Of a stretch of 64,000 bases of DNA, positions 21,126-30,537 are shown in pieces. How positions within the stretch are numbered: the stretch's first letter is position 1; each line of letters starts with the position of its first letter. Under the pieces are notes generated by a model. That model saw nothing but the letters and a program-made list of their open reading frames with translations. It was not told the origin of the DNA and made no database searches. A program made the translations under genes and the position numbers. The DNA is from Alphaproteobacteria bacterium. Its GTDB lineage: Bacteria; Pseudomonadota; Alphaproteobacteria; GCA-2746255. The stretch spans positions 608,001 to 672,000 of the forward strand of contig OZ252220.1 of the NCBI GenBank assembly GCA_965249135.1. The letters are read 5' to 3'.

Positions 21126-21971
21126 ATGAACCCGACGCGCGGAAAGAACGGCTTAACCGGCGTGAATGAAAGCTCACAAGTCGCCTACCCCCTCTTCCTT
21201 CTTCGACCGTGGGCATTTTGCTCGGTTCTTTTCCTATCGCTTCTGCTGGGCGCCTGCGAATCAGGACCCGACCTGCCCAGCCCGGCACCGGAATTTGCCA
21301 AGGCCGGCCTCTCCGGAGATTGGATTCCCGATCCGAACGCAGGCGGACCGGAGGTCACCTTCACGAACAAGGAGGGGATCGCCGCCTTGAAATTAACGGC
21401 CAAGGGGGAACGCGCCTTCGTTGGCCGGAGGCTGGATTCGTCCTTGATGGCGGGCCCGTACCTGCGTTGGGCCTGGTACCTGGAGACGGCCTCCTATGTG
21501 GGGTCCGGCCGCCATCTTTCCGATGCGACGGCGCCGCCCAGAAACCCGCTTCGCCTACGAATCGCCTTCCGTGGCGGCCCGCGTGAGGAGGAAGGTGCGC
21601 CCGTCTCGCCCTGGACGGCCACCGGCGTGCCCACCCACGACCGGTTGCTTGACCTGGTCTGGGAATGGCAACCGGCCATCTCCACCCAAGGCGGCGGTTG
21701 GCGTCCGGTCGAGGGCGATGCGAACCGGGCGTCGGAAACCATCGCCGGCGGGGCGCATCCGGGGTGTTCCGTGCCTTGCATTCCCATTCAAAAACGGCTG
21801 GAGGATACCGGCCAGTGGTGGCTGGAAGCGGCCGACCTCGAAAAAATCTATCGCCGTTTTTGGCCAGAGGATTATCTAAGGGAAGTTCATGTCGTCTTCG
21901 TCGCGCTCGTGCTGGAACCCTCGCCGGTGCCGACGGTCGGCTACCTCGCCGATCTCGACTTCCACCGCTAA
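21126..21971 (+). CDS. hypothetical lipoprotein (DUF3047-like)
   Basis: Lipobox LLLGAC; PYLRWAW ... WWLEAADLEKIYRRFW pattern; 3 bp after the M48 stop codon. Confidence 0.6.
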   Translation: MNPTRGKNGLTGVNESSQVAYPLFLLRPWAFCSVLFLSLLLGACESGPDLPSPAPEFAKAGLSGDWIPDPNAGGPEVTFTNKEGIAALKLTAKGERAFVGRRLDSSLMAGPYLRWAWYLETASYVGSGRHLSDATAPPRNPLRLRIAFRGGPREEEGAPVSPWTATGVPTHDRLLDLVWEWQPAISTQGGGWRPVEGDANRASETIAGGAHPGCSVPCIPIQKRLEDTGQWWLEAADLEKIYRRFWPEDYLREVHVVFVALVLEPSPVPTVGYLADLDFHR

Positions 21972-21977
21972 GTCCGT

Positions 21978-23108
21978 TCAGATGTAATAGTCCTTCAATG
22001 GCGGAAGGCCATTGAATCCGACCGTCGAATAGGTCGTCGTGTAGGCGCCGGTCGCGAAGATCTCGACGCGATCGCCGATCGCAAGATCGAGGGGCAATTC
22101 GTAGCCGGCCTTCTCGTAAAGGATATCGACGCCATCGCAGGTAGGCCCCGCCAGGATGACCGGGCCGACCGGCCCCCCGTCGTGGGGCGTGCGGATGGCA
22201 TATTCGATCGCCTCTTCCATCGTCTCGGCCAGCCCACCAAACTTTCCGACGTCGAGATAGACCCACCGCACGTCATCCCGTTCGGACTTCTTCGCGATCA
22301 ACACGATCTCGCTTTGGATGATTCCGGCCGCCGCCACGATGTAGCGGCCGGGTTCAACCAGAAGTTCCGGAAGGCCTTCCGGGAAGTGTCGCGCCAGGGA
22401 CTCCTCGATCCCTTGCGTGTAACGTTCGATCGGCGGTACCTCCTTTCGGTAGTGAGCCGGAAAGCCCCCGCCCAGATTGAGCATTTTGAGCGAAACCCCA
22501 TCCGAGCGAAGCCGTTCGAAGAACTGCTTTGACGTCGCGATCGCCGCGTCCCACTGCTCGGGCTTCGTCTGTTGCGACCCCACATGGAACATCACGCCAT
22601 AGGGATCAAGGCCAAGCGCCTTAGCCTTGCGCATCAAATCGCAGGCCATATCGAAATCACAGCCGAATTTACGTGTAAGCGGCCAATCGGCGCCGCTTTC
22701 GGAAACCCATATCCGGCAACAGACTCGCGATCCCGGGGCTGCCTCGGCGATCTTCTCAAGCTCCGCTTGGCTGTCGAAGGCAAAAAGCCGAACGCCGAGA
22801 TCGAAGGCGGCGGCGATCTCCGGTCGCTTCTTGATCGTGCTGCCGTAAGAAATCCGCTCAGGTGCACCACCGGCATCGAGGGTGGCCCTGATTTCCAGGA
22901 CGCTCGCCGCGTCGAAGCCGGCGCCCAGGCCGGCCAGGACCGACAGGATCTCCGGCGCCGGATTCGCCTTCACCGCGTAGTAAATGCCCACCTTTGGCAA
23001 CAGCGTCGCAAGCGAGCGGTATTTCTCGGCGACGACGTCGAGGTCTACCACGAGGCAGGGTAAATCCGGCCGTTGTTCCGCAAGGAACCGGAAGATTTTC
23101 TCCGACAT
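21978..23108 (-). CDS. type III PLP ornithine/lysine decarboxylase
   Basis: YAVKAN (PLP Lys), FHVGSQ, NLGGGF, EPGRY, GPTCDGVD, GAYT. Confidence 0.93.
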   Translation of the reverse strand: MSEKIFRFLAEQRPDLPCLVVDLDVVAEKYRSLATLLPKVGIYYAVKANPAPEILSVLAGLGAGFDAASVLEIRATLDAGGAPERISYGSTIKKRPEIAAAFDLGVRLFAFDSQAELEKIAEAAPGSRVCCRIWVSESGADWPLTRKFGCDFDMACDLMRKAKALGLDPYGVMFHVGSQQTKPEQWDAAIATSKQFFERLRSDGVSLKMLNLGGGFPAHYRKEVPPIERYTQGIEESLARHFPEGLPELLVEPGRYIVAAAGIIQSEIVLIAKKSERDDVRWVYLDVGKFGGLAETMEEAIEYAIRTPHDGGPVGPVILAGPTCDGVDILYEKAGYELPLDLAIGDRVEIFATGAYTTTYSTVGFNGLPPLKDYYI

Positions 23109-23198
23109 GCACCGTCTCGCAGCTTAAGAAGCAGCAGCGAACGGCTTTTAATGAAATTGTGTCGTGATGCCAAGCAGGAATTCTGGCCGCGAGTTGGG

Positions 23199-23636
23199 CT
23201 AGAAGTGCACGGCCAGATAACGGATGCCGATGATGACGCCCGTGCCAAAAACGACGATACCGGTGGCCTTAAGAAAGACCATGAGATAGGCGCCCTGGAG
23301 GCTTTTCTTCTGCTTCTTCTCAGCCTCAACCCGGGCTACTTGTTTCTTCTGGGTCTTTTTCTTGGCGTCCTTGGCCTGCACTTCCGTGCGTATCTGTTTC
23401 TTGCGCTCAAGCGCATTCGCGTTCCCTTTGTCGACTTTCGTGCCGCGGAAGATGGTCCATGAATTCACACGTTGCGTCGCTTCATCGAAACTTTCTTCGA
23501 TGACCCGAACGGCACTATAGCGCGTACCTTCGTCGATCCGCCTGGCTTCCGACAACGCGAGGTCGCGGCTGTCGAAAATCGAATCGATCTTCCACTCACC
23601 GCTTACAAAGGTATGAATCTCATAACTAACAATCAT
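23199..23636 (-). CDS. hypothetical membrane-anchored protein
   Basis: Globular N-terminus, Lys-rich linker, single C-terminal TM helix; co-oriented with the PAS gene. Confidence 0.75.
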   Translation of the reverse strand: MIVSYEIHTFVSGEWKIDSIFDSRDLALSEARRIDEGTRYSAVRVIEESFDEATQRVNSWTIFRGTKVDKGNANALERKKQIRTEVQAKDAKKKTQKKQVARVEAEKKQKKSLQGAYLMVFLKATGIVVFGTGVIIGIRYLAVHF

Positions 23637-23660
23637 GCAGCATGACCCAACTAGCTATTT

Positions 23661-24167
23661 TCATTTCGATTTTGGATGTTTCAGATAGTTTGCTCCGCCA
23701 AGAATCAGCGAAATCGTCTCATTGTCGTCGCTTAACGGCAGCAGAATGCTTCGGCACAGCACGCCCTCGCCGTTGGTGTCTTTGAAGCTGTTTCCATAGG
23801 AAATGGGCACGCCCTTGCGTAGGATTTCGTCTCTATAAGAAGTCGCAACGTCAAGCAGGCTGTCCTTGCGAATCTCGGAGATGCGAAGGTTCACGCAAGG
23901 CTCGCCATAGCATTCGATAATTTCCTCGCCCACGTAGCGCAGAAGCGGATCTTTTGCATTCTCGCTTACGTCGAGCACGAAGCAGAAGGGCCACATGTCG
24001 GCGATATCGTCCGACCGCACGTCGTTCAACGAGGGATAATTCCGATCGTCCGTAATCCCCCGCCAGTAATCGAGCAGGCGAAGGACGAGCCGGCGCTCCT
24101 TTCCAGGACGACGCTCCGGCACCACCTGGTCCTGCGCTTCCTCCGGAATTTTCATTACTTCCGCCAC
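23661..24167 (-). CDS. stand-alone PAS domain protein (PAS_5/DUF1457-like)
   Basis: LLDYW...P...WPFCFVLD...RYVGE...ILLPLSDD...GGAN pattern. Confidence 0.8.
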   Translation of the reverse strand: MAEVMKIPEEAQDQVVPERRPGKERRLVLRLLDYWRGITDDRNYPSLNDVRSDDIADMWPFCFVLDVSENAKDPLLRYVGEEIIECYGEPCVNLRISEIRKDSLLDVATSYRDEILRKGVPISYGNSFKDTNGEGVLCRSILLPLSDDNETISLILGGANYLKHPKSK

Positions 24168-24189
24168 CTACTTCTCCTCTCCTGCCTGC

Positions 24190-24197
24190 TTAACCAT
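24190..24197. promoter_or_regulatory. CtrA half-site TTAACCAT
   Basis: Exact TTAACCAT 23 bp upstream of the PAS gene, flanked by TCCTGCCTGC direct repeats. Confidence 0.45.
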
Positions 24198-24349
24198 CCT
24201 GCCTGCGCGCCAGTCTCGGACTGCATGCGGATCTAAAGAGGCGCCCAAGGGTCGTAACCTTGCGTATTTATGGGACTTCCATGATTAAGAATCCGTAAAA
24301 CCGGCCGGCCCGGCCGGGCTAAAAAGGCCGGAAATGCTAGGAATAAAGG

Positions 24350-25372
24350 TTAAATCAGGCCGGCCAGCGGCGAGGAAGGGTCCGCGTAGCTCTTTTTTGC
24401 CATGCGCCCGGCAAGGTAGGCCAAGCGCCCGGATTCCACAGCCAGGCGCATGGCGTAAGCCATCCGAATGGGGTCCCCTGCCTCGGCGATCGCCGTATTC
24501 ATGAGGACCCCGTCGCAACCAAGCTCCATGGCAATCGTCGCGTCGGATGCCGTACCGACGCCGGCATCGACCAGGACGGGAACTTGGGATTGCTCATTGA
24601 TCAGACAAATGTTCACCCGGTTCTGGATGCCAAGCCCGGAACCGATGGGGGCGGCCAACGGCATGATGGCGGCGCATCCGATCTCTTCGAGGCGTTTCGC
24701 CATGATCGGGTCGTCGCTGCAATAGGCAAGCACCCAAAAATTCTCTTTCACCAGGGTCTCCGCTGCCTCAAGCGTTTCCACCATGTCCGGATAAAGGGTC
24801 TTCTTGTCGCCAAGCACCTCCAGCTTCACCATCTCCCAACCGCCCGCTTCGCGCGCGAGGCAAAGGGTACGAACGGCTTCTTCCGCCGTGTAACAACCAG
24901 CCGTATTCGGAAGGTAGGTGTATTTCTTCGGATCGACGTAATCGACGAGTCGCGGCGAGGATGCATCGGAAAGATTGACGCGCCGAACGGCAACCGTGAC
25001 GATTTCCGCACCCGAAGCCTCGATTGCCGCCGCCGTTTCTTCAAAATCCCGATATTTGCCGGTTCCGACAAGAAGCCGTGACGTGAATTGGCGGCTCGCC
25101 AATTCGAAACGGTCGTCATCCTCGACGGCAACGGCGCGGATTTTCGCTTCGTCCACCCCGCCGCCGATAAAGTGAACGATCTCGAACTGGTCGCCGTCGG
25201 CAACCATCGTTTCCCCATAGGCCGAACGGGGCACGACCGCCAGGTTATGTTCGACCGCCACCTTGCGAAGATCGATCGCAAGCCGCTCGAGAAGACCGGC
25301 CACGCTTAACGGCGCATCAAAGCGATGCGCTTCGCCATTCACCGTAACCTTGAGTGGGGAGCTTGCATCCAT
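24350..25372 (-). CDS. thiG: fused sulfur carrier ThiS / thiazole synthase ThiG
   Basis: ThiS domain ending EIVHFIGGG, in frame with [26 protein letters not shown]. Confidence 0.95.
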   Translation of the reverse strand: MDASSPLKVTVNGEAHRFDAPLSVAGLLERLAIDLRKVAVEHNLAVVPRSAYGETMVADGDQFEIVHFIGGGVDEAKIRAVAVEDDDRFELASRQFTSRLLVGTGKYRDFEETAAAIEASGAEIVTVAVRRVNLSDASSPRLVDYVDPKKYTYLPNTAGCYTAEEAVRTLCLAREAGGWEMVKLEVLGDKKTLYPDMVETLEAAETLVKENFWVLAYCSDDPIMAKRLEEIGCAAIMPLAAPIGSGLGIQNRVNICLINEQSQVPVLVDAGVGTASDATIAMELGCDGVLMNTAIAEAGDPIRMAYAMRLAVESGRLAYLAGRMAKKSYADPSSPLAGLI

Positions 25373-25540
25373 CCGTCTCGATCCTTGTCCGCCTCCAAAC
25401 CGAATATGGCGCGCCTTTCGGCCCGCTTCAACAAACAAGCCCTGAAAGCCATATTCGGTAGCCAGCAGAAGGCATTGCGCCTTTCGGCCCGCGTGCTATA
25501 ACCCCCTCAGCACGAGAATAGAAACGTGGAAGGCGTTGCG

Positions 25541-25999
25541 ATGCCCTCCCCCATCCTGATCCTCAACGGTCCGAATCTCAATTTGTTGGGGGAACGGGAG
25601 CCGGAAATCTATGGAACGGAGACCCTGGCCGACATCGAGGCCGCTGCCAAAGCGGCCGCCGGCGAGCTGGATTTTAACGTTGAGTTTCGGCAAACGAATG
25701 CGGAGGCCGAACTCGTCACCTGGATTCAGGAGGCGCGCGGAAAATATACCGGCATCATTCTCAATGCAGGCGCCTTTACCCATACTTCGGTCGCTATTTA
25801 TGATGCGCTGCTCTTATGCGATCAACCCGTGATCGAGGTGCATTTGTCGAACATCTTCCGCCGCGAACCGTTTCGCCACCACTCCTACGTCGCCCCGGCG
25901 GCGCAAGGTTTGATTTGTGGTTTTGGCGGACACGGTTATGTGCTTGCATTGCAGGCAATGGCAGGAATCTTGGACCGGGATGCGAAGTCGAAAAAATAG
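25541..25999 (+). CDS. aroQ: type II 3-dehydroquinate dehydratase
   Basis: LNGPNLNLLGEREPEIYG, EVHLSN. Confidence 0.97.
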   Translation: MPSPILILNGPNLNLLGEREPEIYGTETLADIEAAAKAAAGELDFNVEFRQTNAEAELVTWIQEARGKYTGIILNAGAFTHTSVAIYDALLLCDQPVIEVHLSNIFRREPFRHHSYVAPAAQGLICGFGGHGYVLALQAMAGILDRDAKSKK

Positions 26000-26420
26000 A
26001 CACGGGATCAATCCCGAAATCATCCGTGAACTCGTCGGCCTCTTGGACGAGCATGGGCTTACGGAACTCGAGTACGGGACCGGCGAGTGGCATGTCCGGG
26101 TCGCACGGGGAGGCGCTGGAAAGGCCGTGCAGGTGGAAGTCCAGGGGGCGAGCGAGCTATCCGGCACGAGCGCCCTTGCCGCCCAGCCCGGCGCCGTGAC
26201 GTCTCCGCTTGTCGGGACCGCTTTTCTCTCGCCCGAACCGGGAACGCCAAATTTTGTGAACGTGGGAGATACGGTGAAGGAGGGAGAAACCCTTTTACTC
26301 ATCGAAGCGATGAAGACGTTCAACCAGATTCGCGCCCCGCAGAACGGCAAGGTTGCTCAGATTCTGGTCGTAAACGGCCAGCCCATCGAGTACGGCGAGG
26401 TTCTGGTAGTGCTTGAATAG
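25980..26420 (+). CDS. accB: acetyl-CoA carboxylase biotin carboxyl carrier protein
   Basis: EAMK biotinylation site, SPLVGT; start approximate. Confidence 0.93.
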   Translation: MRSRKNRHGINPEIIRELVGLLDEHGLTELEYGTGEWHVRVARGGAGKAVQVEVQGASELSGTSALAAQPGAVTSPLVGTAFLSPEPGTPNFVNVGDTVKEGETLLLIEAMKTFNQIRAPQNGKVAQILVVNGQPIEYGEVLVVLE

Positions 26421-26430
26421 CTTTCAACCG

Positions 26431-27774
26431 ATGTTTGAAAAAGTCCTGATCGCCAACCGCGGAGAGATCGCGCTGCGCATCCATCGTGCCTGTCACGAAA
26501 TGGGCATCAAGACGGTGGCGGTGCACTCGACGGCGGATGCGGACGCGATGCATGTGCGGCTTGCCGATGAAAGCGTCTGCATCGGCGCCCCGCCGCCGCG
26601 AGCAAGCTACATGAACGTTCCGGCGATCCTTTCGGCGGCGGCGCTGACGAACGCGTCCGCCATCCATCCGGGTTACGGCTTCCTTTCCGAAAACCCCAAC
26701 TTCGCGGAAATTATCGAGGAACACGGCTTCACCTTCATCGGGCCGACGCCGGAGCATATCCGGATGATGGGCGATAAACTTGCCGCGAAGGCGATCCTGC
26801 GCGATCTTGGGATTCCCGTCGTGCCCGGATCCGAAAAGCCCGTCGTGGGGACGGAAGAAGCGATGCGGATCGCCGAGGAAATCGGCTATCCCGTTCTCGT
26901 GAAGGCGGCTCACGGTGGCGGCGGGCGGGGGATGCAGGTCATTACCGTGCCGCAGGAGCTCGCTTCCGCCCTCGCCATGGCCCGTGCGGAGGCCCAGAAT
27001 CACTTCAAGAACGGCGCGATTTATCTCGAAAAGTATCTGGCAAGCCCCCGCCACATCGAGATTCAGATCCTCGCCGACATGCACGGCAACGTCGTTCATT
27101 TCGGTGAGCGGGACTGTTCGATCCAACGGCGCTATCAGAAGCTGCTCGAGGAAAGCCCCTCGCCCGCGCTCAACGCCGATCAGCGTGAGGAAATCGGTGC
27201 CATGGTGACGGCCGCGATGGCGTCGCTCGGCTACCGTGGCGTCGGCACGCTGGAATTCCTCTATGCGGATGGCATGTTCTACTTCATTGAGATGAACACC
27301 CGCCTCCAGGTCGAACACCCGGTTACGGAAATGCTCTCCAACGTCGATCTCGTGCGGGAACAAATCCGCATCGCCGCCGGCGCTCAACTGGGCTATCGCC
27401 AGAACGACGTCCGCCTTCAGGGGCACGCGTTGGAATGCCGGATCACGGCCGAGAATCCGATAACCTTTATCCCTTCACCGGGACGCATCAACGACTACCA
27501 TCCGCCCGGCGGTCTGGGCGTTCGGATCGATTCCGCCCTTTATGCCGGCTATGCGATCCCGCCCTACTATGACAGCCTGATCGCCAAGCTGATCGTCCAC
27601 GGCCGCAACCGGAACGAATCGCTCATGCGCCTGCGCCGCGCACTCGATGAATTCGTCATCGATGGAATCGAAACGACGATCCCCCTCTTCCAGAGCCTGA
27701 TCGCCAACAAGGACTTCGTGAATGGCACCTACGACATCCATTGGCTCGAACGCTTCGTCGGCGTCAAGGATTAG
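26431..27774 (+). CDS. accC: acetyl-CoA carboxylase biotin carboxylase
   Basis: [38 protein letters not shown]. Confidence 0.98.
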   Translation: MFEKVLIANRGEIALRIHRACHEMGIKTVAVHSTADADAMHVRLADESVCIGAPPPRASYMNVPAILSAAALTNASAIHPGYGFLSENPNFAEIIEEHGFTFIGPTPEHIRMMGDKLAAKAILRDLGIPVVPGSEKPVVGTEEAMRIAEEIGYPVLVKAAHGGGGRGMQVITVPQELASALAMARAEAQNHFKNGAIYLEKYLASPRHIEIQILADMHGNVVHFGERDCSIQRRYQKLLEESPSPALNADQREEIGAMVTAAMASLGYRGVGTLEFLYADGMFYFIEMNTRLQVEHPVTEMLSNVDLVREQIRIAAGAQLGYRQNDVRLQGHALECRITAENPITFIPSPGRINDYHPPGGLGVRIDSALYAGYAIPPYYDSLIAKLIVHGRNRNESLMRLRRALDEFVIDGIETTIPLFQSLIANKDFVNGTYDIHWLERFVGVKD

Positions 27775-27806
27775 ACGCCGCCCCTTTCGCGTGCAAAAAT
27801 CCGGGC

Positions 27807-28421
27807 ATGGAGATTCAGCCGGAACTGCTGCTGCGCACTTACGCCGCCGGAATTTTTCCGATGGCGGAACGCCGCGATTCCGCCGGCCTTTTCTGGGTGG
27901 ATCCGGAACTCCGCGGAATCTTGCCGCTGGACGGATTCCATGTGCCGAAACGGCTTCAGCGGACCCTGCAGAAACACCCCTTTCGCGTCACCTTCGATAC
28001 GACGTTCGAGGCCGTGATCCGGGCCTGCGCGGAGCCCTCGGCCGAACGGCCGGACACCTGGATCAACGACGCCATCATCGAAATCTATTGCGCCCTTCAT
28101 CGGGGAGGTTACGCCCACAGCGTCGAGTGCTGGCAGGACGAAGCGCTAGCCGGCGGGCTATATGGGGTTGCACTCGGCGGTGTCTTCTTCGGTGAAAGCA
28201 TGTTCAGCCGGGAAAAGGATGCGAGCAAGGTCGCCCTCGTCCATCTCGTCGAGCGATTGCGTGCGGGGGGGTTTACGCTTCTGGATGTCCAGTTCGTCAC
28301 CGACCACCTGCGTCAATTCGGGGCGGTGGAAATCCCCCGCGCCGAGTTCCACGCCCATCTCACGGAAGCCCTGAAAAGGTCAGGCCGCTTCCATCCGGAT
28401 GCAGACGTCCGGGCCGGCTAG
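27807..28421 (+). CDS. aat: leucyl/phenylalanyl-tRNA--protein transferase
   Basis: [38 protein letters not shown]. Confidence 0.96.
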   Translation: MEIQPELLLRTYAAGIFPMAERRDSAGLFWVDPELRGILPLDGFHVPKRLQRTLQKHPFRVTFDTTFEAVIRACAEPSAERPDTWINDAIIEIYCALHRGGYAHSVECWQDEALAGGLYGVALGGVFFGESMFSREKDASKVALVHLVERLRAGGFTLLDVQFVTDHLRQFGAVEIPRAEFHAHLTEALKRSGRFHPDADVRAG

Positions 28422-28792
28422 TTTCCGTTCAGGCAATCGAGCACCCAGATGTCGTAGACGGGGTGTTCCAGGGCGGAAAGCGCCGGGCTCGATGCGAACA
28501 TCCAGCCACGGAACAATTTCACCGGCCCCTCGTCGGGGCGGATGTCCCGAATGACGAGATAGGCGGCACTTTCCGGTAATTCCTCCGGCGGCTTCTTGTC
28601 GCAGGCAAGCGCCGTGATTTCGAGGGAGCCAAAACGCACCGCCTTGTCGATGGGGGCTTCGATCGTCGAGACGCGGGCGGTGATCTTGTCGAGCCCCTGA
28701 AGAACGACGCCGTTCGCACCGAAGGCGGTGCTCGGCGCAAGCAATAGGCTTAGGCAAACGAGGCCGATGGGGTGGAATCGAGCTAAGGACAT
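28418..28792 (-). CDS. DUF2155 domain periplasmic protein
   Basis: [33 protein letters not shown]. Confidence 0.9.
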   Translation of the reverse strand: MSLARFHPIGLVCLSLLLAPSTAFGANGVVLQGLDKITARVSTIEAPIDKAVRFGSLEITALACDKKPPEELPESAAYLVIRDIRPDEGPVKLFRGWMFASSPALSALEHPVYDIWVLDCLNGN

Positions 28793-28896
28793 GCCTCAGG
28801 ATTCTCGTCTAATCTATTGATTTCTAGAAACAAGTGTGCGGCTTTCCGCAACCCATCCTGCGGGGGGCGAAGGACGAAAAGCCGGCCGGCGCCTTA

Positions 28897-29355
28897 CTAG
28901 TCCCCCTGCTGGGAGATCCGGGAGATCGCCTCCCCGATGATCCGCTCAAGGCCATAGGCCATCTGGGTAATGATGATCTCGTCGCCGGGCTCGAGATAGC
29001 TATCGTCGCCGCCCGGATGAAGGGCCAGATATTTGCCGCCAAGGAGGCTCTCGGAGACCACCTCGGCAATCGTATCGGAAGAGAGCTTGATCCCGCCCTC
29101 CACGTTCCAGCGAACGATCGCCTGGTTGGTTTCTTCATCCAGTTTCCGTTCGAGCACCGTGCCGACCTTGATGCCGCTGATCGTGACCTCGTCCCCCGTC
29201 TGCAGACCATCCATCCGATCGAAGGCGCCCCATAGCTCGTAATAGCCGGTGGTTTGGATGTCCGCACCTGTGTAGCGGTAAGCAAAAATCACGAACAGGG
29301 CCGCCACGATCAGCACGACGCCGCCCATCACCGTTTCCACCACGTTTTTGCGCAT
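28897..29355 (-). CDS. mlaD: MlaD/MCE lipid asymmetry protein (copy 2)
   Basis: N-terminal TM, GL..GDEV.ISGIKVG, SESLLGGKYL. Confidence 0.9.
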   Translation of the reverse strand: MRKNVVETVMGGVVLIVAALFVIFAYRYTGADIQTTGYYELWGAFDRMDGLQTGDEVTISGIKVGTVLERKLDEETNQAIVRWNVEGGIKLSSDTIAEVVSESLLGGKYLALHPGGDDSYLEPGDEIIITQMAYGLERIIGEAISRISQQGD

Positions 29356-29877
29356 GCTCTTAAGCTCTCCCGTTTCCGTGTGCCGTCGGGCCCCGATAGG
29401 CGCCTTATTCCTCGATCTCTGGCTTGCTGAAGATCGCCTCGCCGATCAGCCGCTCGATGCTGAAGGCCGAGAGCGTGCGCCGAACCCGATCGCCGTCGGC
29501 AAGATAGGCATCGCCGCTGCCAGGGTGGATGGCCAGGTACATGCCACCGAGCAGGCTCTCGGAAACGATCTCCGCTTCGCTGCTCGTCGCGAGCTTGACC
29601 CCATCCCGGATGGTCCAGCGAATGCGGGCGAGGAAGGTTTTCTTATCGATCTCCAACTCGCTGACCGTGCCGACCTTGATGCCGGCAACCGTGACGTCAT
29701 CGCCGACCTTAAGCCCGTCCACCCGGTCGAATCTAGCCCAGAGTTCGTAGTGCTCGCCGGCATCGACGGCCGCGTCGGTGAAGGTGTAGGCAAAAGCGAG
29801 AAACAGGGCCGCCACGATCAGCACGACGCCGCCCATCACCGTTTCCACCACGTTCTTGCGCATGCTTAAGCTCTCCC
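29294..29877. repeat. near-identical ~78 bp direct repeat at the mlaD 5' ends (29294-29371 and 29802-29877)
   Basis: AACAGGGCCGCCACGATCAGCACGACGCCGCCCATCACCGTTTCCACCACGTTYTTGCGCATGCT(CT)TAAGCTCTCCC occurs twice. Confidence 0.9.
29405..29863 (-). CDS. mlaD: MlaD/MCE lipid asymmetry protein (copy 1)
   Basis: Same motifs; ATG at 29863 after GGGAGAG RBS. Confidence 0.9.
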   Translation of the reverse strand: MRKNVVETVMGGVVLIVAALFLAFAYTFTDAAVDAGEHYELWARFDRVDGLKVGDDVTVAGIKVGTVSELEIDKKTFLARIRWTIRDGVKLATSSEAEIVSESLLGGMYLAIHPGSGDAYLADGDRVRRTLSAFSIERLIGEAIFSKPEIEE

Positions 29878-29894
29878 TATTCCTTGTCCCGGCC

Positions 29895-30242
29895 TCAGTT
29901 GGGCCGCCAGGCCTCATAGTCCTCCGGTGCCCCGGCGCCCTTCTCAAGCGCGCCGGGCGGGCGATAGGCCTGGGACGTTCCGGTCGGATTCGCCACGTGT
30001 TCCTTCTGCCAGGCGGCCTGCGTCGTCGACTTCCTGAAGGGTGGCTCATCGATCGTGTGACTGAGCCAGGCATGCCACATCGGCGGCACCTTCGATCCTT
30101 CGACCGTTCCCTTGTATGCCACCCAGCGACGTTCGCGCCGCGTGTTGTCGTGCCGCTTCATTCGGTAGTAGCGGTTGCCGAATTCATCCTTGCCGACGAA
30201 TCGGCCGCGAAAAACTGTAAGAAGCCAAGTTCCGAGTGTCAT
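29895..30242 (-). CDS. NADH:ubiquinone oxidoreductase NDUFA12-like subunit
   Basis: GKDEFGNRYY, RRWVAY, VPPMWHAWL, NPTGT..AYRP. Confidence 0.93.
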   Translation of the reverse strand: MTLGTWLLTVFRGRFVGKDEFGNRYYRMKRHDNTRRERRWVAYKGTVEGSKVPPMWHAWLSHTIDEPPFRKSTTQAAWQKEHVANPTGTSQAYRPPGALEKGAGAPEDYEAWRPN

Positions 30243-30439
30243 GGATCAGGTCATCCGTCTCAAGGCAACGCATCGGGCGATGAAGGCCGAGAATATATGG
30301 CATCGGACGTCCCGGTCGTCCAGCCCCTCAGCCGAAACGGCCGATGCCCCTCTCCCGGCCCCTCTCCCGGGACGGGGGCGAGCATTCTTATCATGAAACC
30401 CCTTGTTTTTTCTTACTGCCACTTTTTTTCTTGCGTATC

Positions 30440-30505
30440 CCACAAGATATAGTATTTTCGGCAACCCTTGGGGGGCTCGTCTTAAATTTACACAAGATAT
30501 AGCAT
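30440..30505. promoter_or_regulatory. tandem NrdR boxes
   Basis: CCACAAGATATAGTAT (30440-30455) and ACACAAGATATAGCAT (30490-30505) resemble aCaCwAtATaTwGtgt, upstream of nrdJ. Confidence 0.85.
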
Positions 30506-30537
30506 GCGAGCGTCCCCTTGCGAACGTTGGGGGAGTC

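Noticed and set aside
23109-23198. speF-type leader RNA or uORF upstream of the decarboxylase
   Set aside because: Only 90 bp available and no convincing structure or uORF.
30347-30381. CCCCTCTCCCGG repeated twice, resembling alphaproteobacterial REP-like palindromes
   Set aside because: Single short degenerate occurrence; no second copy noticed in the window.
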